DNA of 48,216 nt, taken from the NCBI GenBank assembly GCA_050178385.1, contig JBFXGD010000006.1:1-48216 (forward strand). The letters are read 5' to 3'. The notes under the pieces were generated by a model. The model made no database searches. It was not told where the DNA came from and worked only from the letters and a program-made list of their open reading frames with translations. This document shows positions 1 to 10,126 of the stretch, in pieces. How positions within the stretch are numbered: the stretch's first letter is position 1; each line of letters starts with the position of its first letter. This stretch comes from Calditrichaceae bacterium. GTDB lineage: Bacteria > Calditrichota > Calditrichia > Calditrichales > JBFXGD01. The translations under genes were made by a program, and so were the position numbers.

Positions 1-681
1 TGAAAATATTGAATCAGCCGCCGTTACATCACCATGCGCTGAAAAATTGCCGTCATTGTACATGGCAAGCGTGCTGAGTACAAAAGTGTTCTCCGCGTCT
101 TTTGTATTAAAATATACGCTCCCGGCTGAAGGCGCGCCTATGCTGTCCACGGCCGTGACATACAAATATTCTGCAGTAATCCCACTTTTTAATGTATCCG
201 GGAGCACTGTATTTGTGATACGGATATTCCCGCTGAAATCGAAAACGACTTCTCTTGACAACGGAATGGAAGTATTGCCGTTTTTATCTTTTGCTAGAAA
301 AATGAATTTGTACAGCCCCGCTCCGGTTGTCATTTGAGACGGTGTAAAACGGTTGCTGAATATCCCGTCTTTTGCCAGCACATCTCCGGATGCCTGATGA
401 TAGTAGGCGCCGTCATCATAAAGAGAATCCCGAAAAACCACAGATCCTGAAATATTTTGCAGTTCAAGGGTTACACTTTCAAGCTCATTGAGACCCTGTG
501 GATCATAAACCTGAACCTCAACAAGATTCTGATTTTGTGATGATAAATTCCAGCTTTCATTTAGCCAGGCAGCAAGAATTTCCGGATCACTCCCGGTTTG
601 AACCCCATTTTCATCATCCGAACATGAAAACAGCAGAACCATTCCTGAAAAAATAATAAATAATAATCTATTTCTGATCAT
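1..681 (-). CDS. Lipoprotein (partial, runs off window start) with two DDG...GD..A.D(G/S)IFS repeats resembling choice-of-anchor X domains
   Basis: Absent from the ORF track because it has no stop in the window. My translation from ATG 681 gives MIRNRLLFIIFSGMVLLFS-C-SDDENG (lipobox LFSC), then LYDDGAYYHQASGDVLAKDGIFS, and at the edge MYNDGNFSAHGDVTAADSIFS. GGTGA lies upstream. Confidence 0.8.
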   Translation of the reverse strand, partial: MIRNRLLFIIFSGMVLLFSCSDDENGVQTGSDPEILAAWLNESWNLSSQNQNLVEVQVYDPQGLNELESVTLELQNISGSVVFRDSLYDDGAYYHQASGDVLAKDGIFSNRFTPSQMTTGAGLYKFIFLAKDKNGNTSIPLSREVVFDFSGNIRITNTVLPDTLKSGITAEYLYVTAVDSIGAPSAGSVYFNTKDAENTFVLSTLAMYNDGNFSAHGDVTAADSIFS

Positions 682-759
682 TGAATCACCTGTCCGTTTT
701 GTTTTCGGCATTCAATTTTCCGATGGTCAATCGAACCATACTTAAATTTATCTCAGTAC

Positions 760-1692
760 TTAAAATACCCTACCAGCCATTCTCTTTAACATTCCATAGC
801 GAATGCCCCGGTCGCTGACAATAACTGTCTCTATTCTCCTGAGCTCCAGCATCGTCAGATAAATTAATAATCCATAAAGAATGACATCTTCACGGCCTGA
901 TTCGAGACCAGGCAAACCTTTACGTTCTTCGATGGTCATCCCGTTAAGCGTATAGTACATCTTCCATATTTCGTCTCTGCTGAGTCTGTAACCGTTAATT
1001 TTTAATGGATCGTACTCAATCATTTTCTCACGGATGGCGGCAATCGATGACATTGTTCCGCCAGTGGCCACAAATTTTATATCACCGGCTATATCCCCAA
1101 GAAATTTCAACTCTTCGAGTTTTAGCTTTATATACGCGATTGCCTTAAGCCTGTCACCGCTGCAGAGTGTATCTTTCATTCCCATGATTTCTCTGAGCGT
1201 GACAACACCAAGAGACAATGATTGATACTTATGAATACTGTCGTTGTCTCCGATGGTCAATTCTGTACTTCCTCCGCCCACATCCATAACCAGAATTTTT
1301 TCGTTCACATGCCTCAGTCCGTCCAACGCTCCAAAATACCCGTATTTTGCTTCATCTTCGCTGCTGATAATTTCAATTTTAATCCCCAATTCATTTACGA
1401 CCCTTTGAATGAAATCATCACTGTTTGATGCCGTTCGCAGAGCCGCTGTGGCGATTATTTTCACCTGAAAAGGATTGAATCGCTTAATAATTTTCAGATA
1501 TTCGGCCAGCACATTTATTGTGCGATTCATCGCGGCGTCCGATAAGCGACCGGTTAGTTGTAGTCCTTCTCCTATTCGCGTTACTCTGAATGCATGATGC
1601 AGAGCTTCAACCCGTTTATCAGCACCAATGTTACCGATTAACAGTAGAACTGAATTTGTTCCAAGATCTATTACCGCGTAAGTCTGACTCAT
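760..1692 (-). CDS. ppx: Ppx/GppA family phosphatase (short form, no HD domain)
   Basis: AVIDLGTNSVLL, IATAALRTASN, EDEAKY, MDVGGGSTEL and DRGIRYG are Ppx/GppA (ASKHA) motifs; 310 aa. Confidence 0.92.
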   Translation of the reverse strand: MSQTYAVIDLGTNSVLLLIGNIGADKRVEALHHAFRVTRIGEGLQLTGRLSDAAMNRTINVLAEYLKIIKRFNPFQVKIIATAALRTASNSDDFIQRVVNELGIKIEIISSEDEAKYGYFGALDGLRHVNEKILVMDVGGGSTELTIGDNDSIHKYQSLSLGVVTLREIMGMKDTLCSGDRLKAIAYIKLKLEELKFLGDIAGDIKFVATGGTMSSIAAIREKMIEYDPLKINGYRLSRDEIWKMYYTLNGMTIEERKGLPGLESGREDVILYGLLIYLTMLELRRIETVIVSDRGIRYGMLKRMAGRVF

Positions 1693-1693
1693 A

Positions 1694-2551
1694 TTATTTT
1701 CTGTCTAAAACGAGTGCCATCCACTCTTTACGCTGTTCCTTATGAATCATAGTCCAGCCATTTTTTCTGTAGGCATCCATAATGACATCTTCGTCGACAA
1801 TAAGTAATCCGGATAAGATTAATTTGCCTCCGGGCTTCAGAAATCCGAAAAAACCAGAAGCGAGATCGAGCAACACGTTCCGGTTAATATTCGCCACAAT
1901 CATATCAAACCGATCCTTCCCCGCATCTATCAGCTCTCCGGTAAAACATGTAATTTTTTCAGAAACACCATTCAATCCCGCGTTTTCGAGAGTGTTTTCG
2001 GTCGCCACATGATCATTATCGAAGGCTACCACCGGATTCGCGCCCAGCATAGCACCGTAAATAGCAAGAATTCCGCTGCCCGTTCCCGCGTCCAGCAGAC
2101 TCTGATCCGCCCGGAGATATTTTTCGAGCATCATTAGAATGAGCTGAGTAGTTTCATGATGACCCGTTCCGAATGCCATTTTTGGAGCAATAGTGATGAC
2201 TGTTTCACCGGGATTAGGCGAATATGAATCCCAATCCGGTTTGACTACAATATTTTCGCCGAGATGAAATGTCTTAAAGCTCTCCTTCCAGGCTTCATTC
2301 CAGTCTTCATCCGGCAAGTCTAATGTTTCAATATTCGTTTCACCATGCTCAGGGGAACTTTCTGCCAGATATTGCTTGAGCAGGTAAAATTTCTCCTGAT
2401 TCCATTCCCCCGTTTTAAAATATACAAAAAAATCATTTTCACGTTCGAAAATACCCTCTGAACCCAGCGCGAACAAATATGGAGAAAGCCATTCCAGATT
2501 TTCCGGATTCAGGTAAATTTTTATTTCAAGCCAGTCTTGTTTGTTTTTCAT
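1694..2551 (-). CDS. prmA: 50S ribosomal protein L11 methyltransferase
   Basis: EDWNEAWK, PKMAFGTGHHETT, LDAGTGSGILAI, DMIVANI and LILSGLL. Confidence 0.95.
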   Translation of the reverse strand: MKNKQDWLEIKIYLNPENLEWLSPYLFALGSEGIFERENDFFVYFKTGEWNQEKFYLLKQYLAESSPEHGETNIETLDLPDEDWNEAWKESFKTFHLGENIVVKPDWDSYSPNPGETVITIAPKMAFGTGHHETTQLILMMLEKYLRADQSLLDAGTGSGILAIYGAMLGANPVVAFDNDHVATENTLENAGLNGVSEKITCFTGELIDAGKDRFDMIVANINRNVLLDLASGFFGFLKPGGKLILSGLLIVDEDVIMDAYRKNGWTMIHKEQRKEWMALVLDRK

Positions 2552-2596
2552 TAAGAATCAAATCCTGTATATGATTATTAAATTAATCTAATTAAA

Positions 2597-3502
2597 TTAT
2601 TTTTCATTGTATATGACCTCGAGCATAACCTGGCCGACCGTTTTAAGACTCTCTGAACTGCATTTATCTGGTGTATCTTCCCGGGTATGCCAGTAACCGT
2701 GATTTTCATCAGGATAAGCAAAGTCGATCACATCGATACATGGAATCCCGCCTTCAATCAATATTACGTGGTCATCATTGATATATTGTCCAATGGTTCG
2801 TTCAAACTGATAAGCGCCGATACTTTCGGCAGCCGACCATACTTTGTCCACGATATGGGGCGCGGACTGTTGTGAAAAGCCTTCAATCGGTATATTCAGA
2901 TTAGCGTCCCCTATCATATCCAGCAGGATTCCGTAACGCGGTCTGTAATTACCTTTATTCTGAACAAAATAACGCGATCCCAGGAAATATTCTTCAAGAT
3001 GACCTTCAGGCCCATAGTCCTCGCCGTCAAATAAAATCAAATCCACCCCGATTTGCGGAGGATTACTCTTCAGGTGATTCGCGATTTCCAACAGCACAGC
3101 AACTCCACTCGCGCCGTCGTTAGCCCCTGGTATCGGGCGGTCCTTATCACCCTTCCGATCCATATCGGCAAACGGCCGCGTATCCCAGTGTGCCGCGAAA
3201 AATATTCTTTTGCCGGCTTTACTGTTGTAGGATGCAATTATATTTGTTAACGGTACATTTTTATTGTTAAGACGGTCGTAATGAATAAATGGCTGTAAAA
3301 TTACACTGTCAGCGGTTTTTTCCAGCTCCGTTTTCAGATAATTCAGGCATTCTTTATGGCCTTTGCTTCCGGGATTCCGCGGACCGAAATCAACCTGTCT
3401 GACCAGATATTCAAATGCCCTTTGACCATCAAATTGAGGCAGCGCCGGTGAACAAAATGTGAGATTGCCTAGAAGGAACAGAAAAAAAATACGCCTGGAC
3501 AT
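2597..3502 (-). CDS. M28 family Zn-peptidase, probably glutaminyl-peptide cyclotransferase (animal-type QC fold)
   Basis: Signal peptide, AHWDTRP, PGANDGASGVAVLLEIA, FDGEDYG, LLDMIG, DDH and YWHTREDT. Confidence 0.85.
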   Translation of the reverse strand: MSRRIFFLFLLGNLTFCSPALPQFDGQRAFEYLVRQVDFGPRNPGSKGHKECLNYLKTELEKTADSVILQPFIHYDRLNNKNVPLTNIIASYNSKAGKRIFFAAHWDTRPFADMDRKGDKDRPIPGANDGASGVAVLLEIANHLKSNPPQIGVDLILFDGEDYGPEGHLEEYFLGSRYFVQNKGNYRPRYGILLDMIGDANLNIPIEGFSQQSAPHIVDKVWSAAESIGAYQFERTIGQYINDDHVILIEGGIPCIDVIDFAYPDENHGYWHTREDTPDKCSSESLKTVGQVMLEVIYNEK

Positions 3503-3530
3503 GTCATCACTCCTTAAACTTTAGAAAGGT

Positions 3531-6500
3531 CTAATCCCTGATCGCAATATTTACATTCATTCCAAATTCACTATGCGTATAGGTACCTGAAATTTTGTTT
3601 TCGGTGGCGCCGGTTTCAAAGAACAAGCTGCCCTGTACTTTGGTATTAAAACGGTAGCTGGCTGAGGGTCTCAGTTTCCAGGACTTATTATCCTGTTTTT
3701 CCTCAAAATTGTCCTGATCAAACTGTTTCTGGAATGTTGTATTTTGTGAACGGTCAAAGGTTAAACTAAAATTCACTTCATTTTTGAACGATTTCGACTT
3801 GAATGGCCAGATCGGTATTCTGAACCCGGCTGTTTTAGCGTAACTCATGGTGATTGTAAGAGAACTTGTTTCCGTTTTTGTCGCGCCGGCACCGGTATTA
3901 TACGAGTAACTTGTGCTCTGTGTGGTTCTGATATTCCCGGAAACTCCCCAGACGGTGCGTATGTTAAATCCGACTAATGGCTGCCAGTTGCTGCTGAAAG
4001 ATTGCGATGTTGGCACAAAACTGCCATCCAGTTTAAGAGATTTGTTTTCTGTATATTTACCGGAATGTCCGTGATCAACAGTCACCGATTGAGCAAAAGT
4101 TGGGAAGAACAGATATTTTTCCACACCTGACACTTGCACATTCCAATCCGGTACAAACCGTCGTAAATCAGCATTCAACCCTTTAAAATCGGTGAGTGGA
4201 TCATCACCCAAAGCCAGGAATGAAATAGACCGGTTTCCTGAGCGGTTATTTCCGTAATCGGAACTGGATTCCGATTCTGAAAAATCATGATTAAATGACG
4301 CCTTTATATTTTTAGTAAAATTGTAACTTGTTGATGTTCTTATAGAGCGGGTCTGACTTAGGCTTGGACCTATCAAATTAATACCGTCATCCAACAAACT
4401 TGAATCCTGGCCAACTCCTGTGTTGCTAGATAACCCGAACTGATATTGCCAGTCGGGTATATCATTCAGATATGGATTTGAGATATTATCGTCTATTGAA
4501 TAGTTCATCTGGATGCTCTGCCAAGAATCAAAAAACTTATAAATAAGAATCAATGGATTCGGGAAACTTTTTTTGTCACCTTCATCTTTTTTATCTTTTT
4601 CGGGATCAGTCTGCGATTGCGGGGTGGGCCTGCCTCTGCCCGCGGTTGTCTGTTTCCTGGAATTTGGAGTATAGATACTGTTCACAAGCACGCTTGGGTT
4701 CAGGGTCAGTCCAATACGCTTTCCGACTCTGCTCGTACTTTGCTTGTATTGATAATTATTTGTCAGAGAATAACTAAAATTCGAATTGTAAGAAAGATCC
4801 GTTTTCAACCATTTGATAAGGTTCGGTCTATAATCCGCGCCAAAGCTCTGGTTAATATCGGTATCAAGGCCAAAATTGAATTTTGTAAAAATTTCTTTAA
4901 ACATTTCCTCATGTTTCAATCCGACATAATCGGCATCTGCCCGGTGTGATCTTGAATATGTAAAATTCAGACTGCTAAACATCCGGTAACCTGTATTAAC
5001 CGATCTTGTAGATGAGGTACTTATTGTCCGCTTGTTCTCTGCGGAGGACCTACGGAGAAGATCCGTTTCCACATCTGAAATATCAAGAGATAAATTAATA
5101 TCATTTGGTGAATAATAGAATTTCTCATCGCTCAGTTTACCAAGCAGCGGAATTTTTTGAGTAAACTTAAACGGAGAAACAAAATTATTCTTTCCAAATG
5201 GTATTTTATAGCGAACCGACTCTTTATACTGCTCCGAGTCATTATATTTTGTTTCCCAGTCGCTGCTGTGTTTTTTTGAATAATCAAAATCAAGCACAAT
5301 CTCATCAACCGTATAACGATAATACCAGGATTTAGATTTCGATCTTTTACGGATCGTGGTACCGACGCCGAGAACCTCGCTGTATGAAACCTGATCCTCC
5401 AGTTCCGGTGGCAGATCGCGGACACCGAACAGTGATTTTAATTTTTTGTCAAAAGAGTCATTCTTATACCCGGTAAGAATATCCGTTCTTGGGTAGTACT
5501 TTGGCACATTTCTACTGTATGACGCGCGCGCGTCAATGGGGATTGAAATATCCCACGCGTCCGGAAGAAATTTATCGAGGGTGAGCGATCCTGAATAATT
5601 TTGTCTCTCAAGGGTATTGCCCCCTCCGAACTGAGTACCGATATCATGATAATCCGCGTCTTTACTTTCCCACTCAGCGTTGAACCGTAAAAGATCCGCT
5701 AATTTAATATCAGTCTTTAGGCGCATTGCTGTGGCGTTTTCCCTGCGCACCTCGGAGAGACGCATTTCATCGAGCCAAATCTCACCGCTAAAATCGAATG
5801 AATCCTTATTCTTGACACCGATTATAAAATACCTGATCGTGTTGAGACTCGGGGCCCCTTTTACCTTATAATACCCTCCCGGAGATGACCCAACCAGAGC
5901 ATAATTATTTTCCGTGAATTTTACTTGCGAAAGTTCATCGAGATCTATATCCAGTTGATTAAGGGTACTCCATCCCTTGTAAACATCCTGGCCATATTCA
6001 TAATAGTTGTTGGCATCCGAGCCGAATCTCAAATAAAAGCGGATATTCGAGCTGTCTCCATCATCGGGATTTAACGGTAAACTTCGATCTCCGTGAATAA
6101 ACATTTTTAATCGCTTATAATTCACAAGCTCCATCGCGCCGTACAATGTCTTTTTAGCTTCGGCAACATAACCACCGGGAAAATCAGTAAATTTAAGCAC
6201 AAGTGACTGCTCTTTTGAAATCGCGTCGGTAATGCGGTCACGCTCTCCCGCCACTCCCGGTGGTGATGTGTATGGTTCTGGCCCGCCCGGAATCTCATCA
6301 ACATTCTCTTCGGTATTATAGGTGGCAAGCGTAAAAACCGAATCTGATTTAACAAAAGCAGCGGAATCATTTTCCGCGATACCGGTTTCTTCCCACTCAT
6401 TTCCGACAAAATCAAAAGTTGCTATAAGAATTCGTGTCCTCTCAGCCGGAATATCACTGACCCAAAGACGTGTATAAAAAATTTGCTGAAAATCAGGATC

Positions 6501-9500
6501 GGGATTACCGATCATCCTGGTAAAATCTTTAATTGGAATTCTGAACTGCCGCCAGCCTTTTTCCGTTGTTCCAACAACCCATCCCCTTGCTTTTAAATCA
6601 TTCGGATCGAGGGAAAAGGAATATTCAAAATAATCGTTAAACAGATTTAACTGGCCGTCTCCATCAAGATCCTCCGTGTCAGGATATCTCGCGCCCTGAG
6701 CATTTCCATTACCTTCCGTTCCATTAATGCCGTCATAGAGGACACCGTCGAAGACATTTGTCGCGCCGGTTCTTGGTTCACTCCAGTTATCAAAAGGATC
6801 ATCACCCGGCAAACCATCTTTTATACCGTCAATACCGATATCTTCTCCGTCATCAAGCAAGCCGTTATTATTGTCATCCTCCGTATTCAGCCCACCCCTG
6901 CTGTATTCACTATCTATCGTATTGCCCTTTAGATACCAGTCTTCGGATATACGGCCAATATCGATATTGATGGTACCCTCCGTTCCCTGAATCCATAATT
7001 CGATATACTTTGTCTTTTGCTGATCGGCAAAACTGGCTGTGGTCCGCATCACCCCTGCCCAGGCGCTGTCCGGATCGCTGGACGAATCACGCCAGTATTC
7101 CATTCCCAACACATCTGTTGTCTGTCCTGTTTGCGAGTTGACATCCCGGTCAGGCCATATATCCTGAATGGCAACCTGAGTGTACGGATTAAACCAGACA
7201 AGGCGCGACCGGGCATTATTCACCACCGTATCGATCTGTGTGACGCCCTCTCCGAGATTTGGTAAAACTACCGGAGGGCTCGCCATAGTCCATGTCTTAT
7301 AACGGATTCCAAGCGTTGTTGTCCGCTTGCTCGCTTCAAAATCGTCAATATAGGCAACACCGTCTTTATCGCCCGTACTCTCATTATTCAGAGTATTCGG
7401 ATCTGGCAGTACCTGAGCAAACTCTGTTTCTATATTAACATAAGAGTCTTCATTGGTTTCGACCAGCGGAAGAGCGTCGACCATTTTTGTCAAAAAACGA
7501 GGCCGGAATTTAAACGCCGCGTTGATATCCCATACCAGATTACTGAAAGGTTCCTGCCCGACTCGTACACGCTGATCGATCGTCGATTTATTTAAATACA
7601 ATCCTGTGAAACCGATAAACGAATCATCCCAAAACCGATATTCCGCGCGGCCTCCGAGAATGGTTTTTTTATCTAATTGAAACAGATTCGCTCGTTCATA
7701 CTTTATTTCAATATTTGAGCTGCTGCGCTTGGCTTCATCCGATAGCAGAGTTAACTGACCGCTGAAATAATCGATCATATAATCTGTGTCCCGCTGGAGT
7801 GTCCGTCCATTAAGAGTGACAACTTCGCTGCCCTCTAGTACATAAAAACCAAGATCATATGTCGAACGTGTACTTTTGGATGTAACAATCATTTCGAACT
7901 TACTTTGTGTAAGCAGTTCCTGTGTATTGGTATAGCTCGTATTATATATGTCAACCTTGTATTTTTCAGCAAGGGATTCTACGTTAAACGGGCTTTCTTC
8001 GTCAGGATTATAGGGTTTTAAGGAGGGGAATATAATCACACCGTCAGCCGAGTATATTGTATTCGTATTCCAATCCGCTTTCTCATCACCTCCGTCAACC
8101 GGATTTCCGTTTTCATCAGCCAGATCCAACCCCATCAGGTTCAGAAAAGAACGATCTATACCTTCCGGATAGGCTTCCTGATTTCCGGTTACATTGTATT
8201 GTATTCTAAGATCGAATCCTTCGCGCTGTATATTGCTTCCCCCAAGCGAATAGACATTGCGCATCATAAGTGGCCACGTATCCGCGTAAACATCTGTGGG
8301 TTGCATGGCCCGGGGTTTTATCATTTTCAGGATGACAGACTGACTGGTATCGGCAAGATCTTCATTGAGAGTTCCTACCTTTAAACCATTCGAAGTTGCA
8401 TAGGCAACCGCCAGAATCTCATTTGATTCAACAGCCTGATTAAGAGTAAAATAGCCCTTGTACTTGTGGAAAGTATAGTCCTTATCCGGATCAAGCCGCT
8501 TAAAATAACCCTTATCTGTTTTACCATCGACAATCTGAATCGTATCTGTGTTCGCGTTTAAATATTCATTGGGATTGAGGACTGCCCATCCGCTTCGGGC
8601 ATCATTATCGGAAAGGGCGGTCGATTTATAAATATCCAGCTGGCGAAGGTCTGTCCCGGCGATATATGTGAATGGCTCATTCCCGTTAAAACCTTCTTCA
8701 AACTGCTCTAAATATGATTTATCAACAAAAAAGTATCGGTTCTTAATGAATTCATAATCCTTTACGGTCGTCTTAGATTCACTTGCGTTACCCGATATTT
8801 TAAGTTCCTGTTGTTGCCCTTTTTCGAGAGAGGCGATAGTCGTTACATATAAATTTCCGATCTTCAGATCGGCTTTCAGACCAAACAAGCCCTTGTTTGA
8901 ACCTCCAAATATAACATATTTCGTAGAAGGCAGAGATAAAGAAACATTCCCGGCTTCTATTTTCTGTACTATTTCATCTTCATCACCGTCATACCGCAAT
9001 TTAAGAGTGTTTTCGATATCCGTTACGGCTTCACTATTCTGATCAACAGAGACCGTGACTTTTTCACCGATTTTACCCTCAACCGTGAATTGTTGAGTTT
9101 GATTGAACTTGGGACTGAATGACGTCTTGTTTTCGGATGCAGAAGTTGCTGAACCTGATCTCTTCTCGGTTCTACCGGAAAGATCAAAAGTGATATTACC
9201 GGTCACACGTAAACCGATGCGGTCCGAACCGAATATTCTGGTAAATGTTTTGCTCTTGATCCTTATGGGTATATCCAGCTTGATCGCCCCAAATTCCTGC
9301 TCGGTCTGTTGCTGGAATTTATTCAAAACGGATTTTTTCCACTGTTCCCGACGGTCAAATTCAATCCTTAAGCGGATATAGCCATCCAGATCGACAACCG
9401 CGGGAAGATAAAACTCAACCCCATCCAGAGCTTCCATGATTGAAATATACTCTGCGGTAGAATCCATTTTTACTTTCCGAACATACGATTTGGGGGCATG

Positions 9501-9686
9501 CGCAAAAAAGGTGGAATCGGCTGTATACCCTTCCAACCCGAATAATTCAGATTCAAAGAGTGTTACCGTTTTAGGCGGAGGCGGGACCCGAAGCCCCGGC
9601 TGAGTATAACCGTTTACTGTAAGAAAGATCAGAATAACGGTTAAAATGACGAAGGATAGAAGCCCACATCTTTTTTTGTTGCTCAT
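3531..9686 (-). CDS. sprA: Type IX secretion system outer-membrane translocon SprA (Sov)
   Basis: About 2050 aa. SprA-like segments include KLRYDGDEDEIVQKIEAGNVSLSLP...GLFGLK, LMMRNVYSLG, DYMIDYFSGQL, GVAYIDDFE, TEDLDGDG, GEIWLDEMRL and a beta-rich C-terminus. The start is placed at ATG 9686 (MSNKKR plus signal peptide); the ORF-track start at 9731 is possible. Confidence 0.93.
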   Translation of the reverse strand: MSNKKRCGLLSFVILTVILIFLTVNGYTQPGLRVPPPPKTVTLFESELFGLEGYTADSTFFAHAPKSYVRKVKMDSTAEYISIMEALDGVEFYLPAVVDLDGYIRLRIEFDRREQWKKSVLNKFQQQTEQEFGAIKLDIPIRIKSKTFTRIFGSDRIGLRVTGNITFDLSGRTEKRSGSATSASENKTSFSPKFNQTQQFTVEGKIGEKVTVSVDQNSEAVTDIENTLKLRYDGDEDEIVQKIEAGNVSLSLPSTKYVIFGGSNKGLFGLKADLKIGNLYVTTIASLEKGQQQELKISGNASESKTTVKDYEFIKNRYFFVDKSYLEQFEEGFNGNEPFTYIAGTDLRQLDIYKSTALSDNDARSGWAVLNPNEYLNANTDTIQIVDGKTDKGYFKRLDPDKDYTFHKYKGYFTLNQAVESNEILAVAYATSNGLKVGTLNEDLADTSQSVILKMIKPRAMQPTDVYADTWPLMMRNVYSLGGSNIQREGFDLRIQYNVTGNQEAYPEGIDRSFLNLMGLDLADENGNPVDGGDEKADWNTNTIYSADGVIIFPSLKPYNPDEESPFNVESLAEKYKVDIYNTSYTNTQELLTQSKFEMIVTSKSTRSTYDLGFYVLEGSEVVTLNGRTLQRDTDYMIDYFSGQLTLLSDEAKRSSSNIEIKYERANLFQLDKKTILGGRAEYRFWDDSFIGFTGLYLNKSTIDQRVRVGQEPFSNLVWDINAAFKFRPRFLTKMVDALPLVETNEDSYVNIETEFAQVLPDPNTLNNESTGDKDGVAYIDDFEASKRTTTLGIRYKTWTMASPPVVLPNLGEGVTQIDTVVNNARSRLVWFNPYTQVAIQDIWPDRDVNSQTGQTTDVLGMEYWRDSSSDPDSAWAGVMRTTASFADQQKTKYIELWIQGTEGTINIDIGRISEDWYLKGNTIDSEYSRGGLNTEDDNNNGLLDDGEDIGIDGIKDGLPGDDPFDNWSEPRTGATNVFDGVLYDGINGTEGNGNAQGARYPDTEDLDGDGQLNLFNDYFEYSFSLDPNDLKARGWVVGTTEKGWRQFRIPIKDFTRMIGNPDPDFQQIFYTRLWVSDIPAERTRILIATFDFVGNEWEETGIAENDSAAFVKSDSVFTLATYNTEENVDEIPGGPEPYTSPPGVAGERDRITDAISKEQSLVLKFTDFPGGYVAEAKKTLYGAMELVNYKRLKMFIHGDRSLPLNPDDGDSSNIRFYLRFGSDANNYYEYGQDVYKGWSTLNQLDIDLDELSQVKFTENNYALVGSSPGGYYKVKGAPSLNTIRYFIIGVKNKDSFDFSGEIWLDEMRLSEVRRENATAMRLKTDIKLADLLRFNAEWESKDADYHDIGTQFGGGNTLERQNYSGSLTLDKFLPDAWDISIPIDARASYSRNVPKYYPRTDILTGYKNDSFDKKLKSLFGVRDLPPELEDQVSYSEVLGVGTTIRKRSKSKSWYYRYTVDEIVLDFDYSKKHSSDWETKYNDSEQYKESVRYKIPFGKNNFVSPFKFTQKIPLLGKLSDEKFYYSPNDINLSLDISDVETDLLRRSSAENKRTISTSSTRSVNTGYRMFSSLNFTYSRSHRADADYVGLKHEEMFKEIFTKFNFGLDTDINQSFGADYRPNLIKWLKTDLSYNSNFSYSLTNNYQYKQSTSRVGKRIGLTLNPSVLVNSIYTPNSRKQTTAGRGRPTPQSQTDPEKDKKDEGDKKSFPNPLILIYKFFDSWQSIQMNYSIDDNISNPYLNDIPDWQYQFGLSSNTGVGQDSSLLDDGINLIGPSLSQTRSIRTSTSYNFTKNIKASFNHDFSESESSSDYGNNRSGNRSISFLALGDDPLTDFKGLNADLRRFVPDWNVQVSGVEKYLFFPTFAQSVTVDHGHSGKYTENKSLKLDGSFVPTSQSFSSNWQPLVGFNIRTVWGVSGNIRTTQSTSYSYNTGAGATKTETSSLTITMSYAKTAGFRIPIWPFKSKSFKNEVNFSLTFDRSQNTTFQKQFDQDNFEEKQDNKSWKLRPSASYRFNTKVQGSLFFETGATENKISGTYTHSEFGMNVNIAIRD

Positions 9687-9793
9687 TAAATACAAGTTTC
9701 GATCACCAGGAGTTTGTTTTAATAAAGGCAATTAACCGTAGCAATAGATGTCTATGGGCTACCTCGTTTTATATACTACCATAAAAAGTAAAA

Positions 9794-9822
9794 AATATAC
9801 GCTGACCAGTCATTTAATTCAA
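9794..9822 (-). promoter_or_regulatory. Putative sigma70 promoter of the sprA operon
   Basis: Minus strand TTGAAT-N17-TATATT, about 110 nt upstream of ATG 9686. Confidence 0.55.
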
Positions 9823-10088
9823 GTTAAATTTACGTTCTGCTCTCTCTGTTTCACAAATAGTATCGATTCTATAACCTTTTAACACCTCTTCTGATCGGCA
9901 TAAAATCAAATTTATTTAACGAATATACGGAAATATACCCTAAACGGAAAATGGGCCTGACAGACCAATATAATAATAATTTTTGAAAACACCCGGTATC
10001 TTTTATAAATAAAATCGTCCATTCAAAGCAAATAAAATCATAAATTTAACGCAAAGGGACAATAGACTGATGCAGGAAATTGTTTAGT

Positions 10089-10117
10089 TTGGATTTTAAT
10101 GTGAGATTTCTTAAAAT
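10089..10117 (+). promoter_or_regulatory. Putative sigma70 promoter of lptF
   Basis: TTGGAT-N17-TAAAAT ending 9 nt before ATG 10127. Confidence 0.45.
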
Positions 10118-10126
10118 ATCAGTTAT

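Noticed and set aside
47..337. 96-aa plus-strand ORF
   Set aside because: It is antisense to the partial lipoprotein (1-681, minus), which has a lipobox and repeated motifs.
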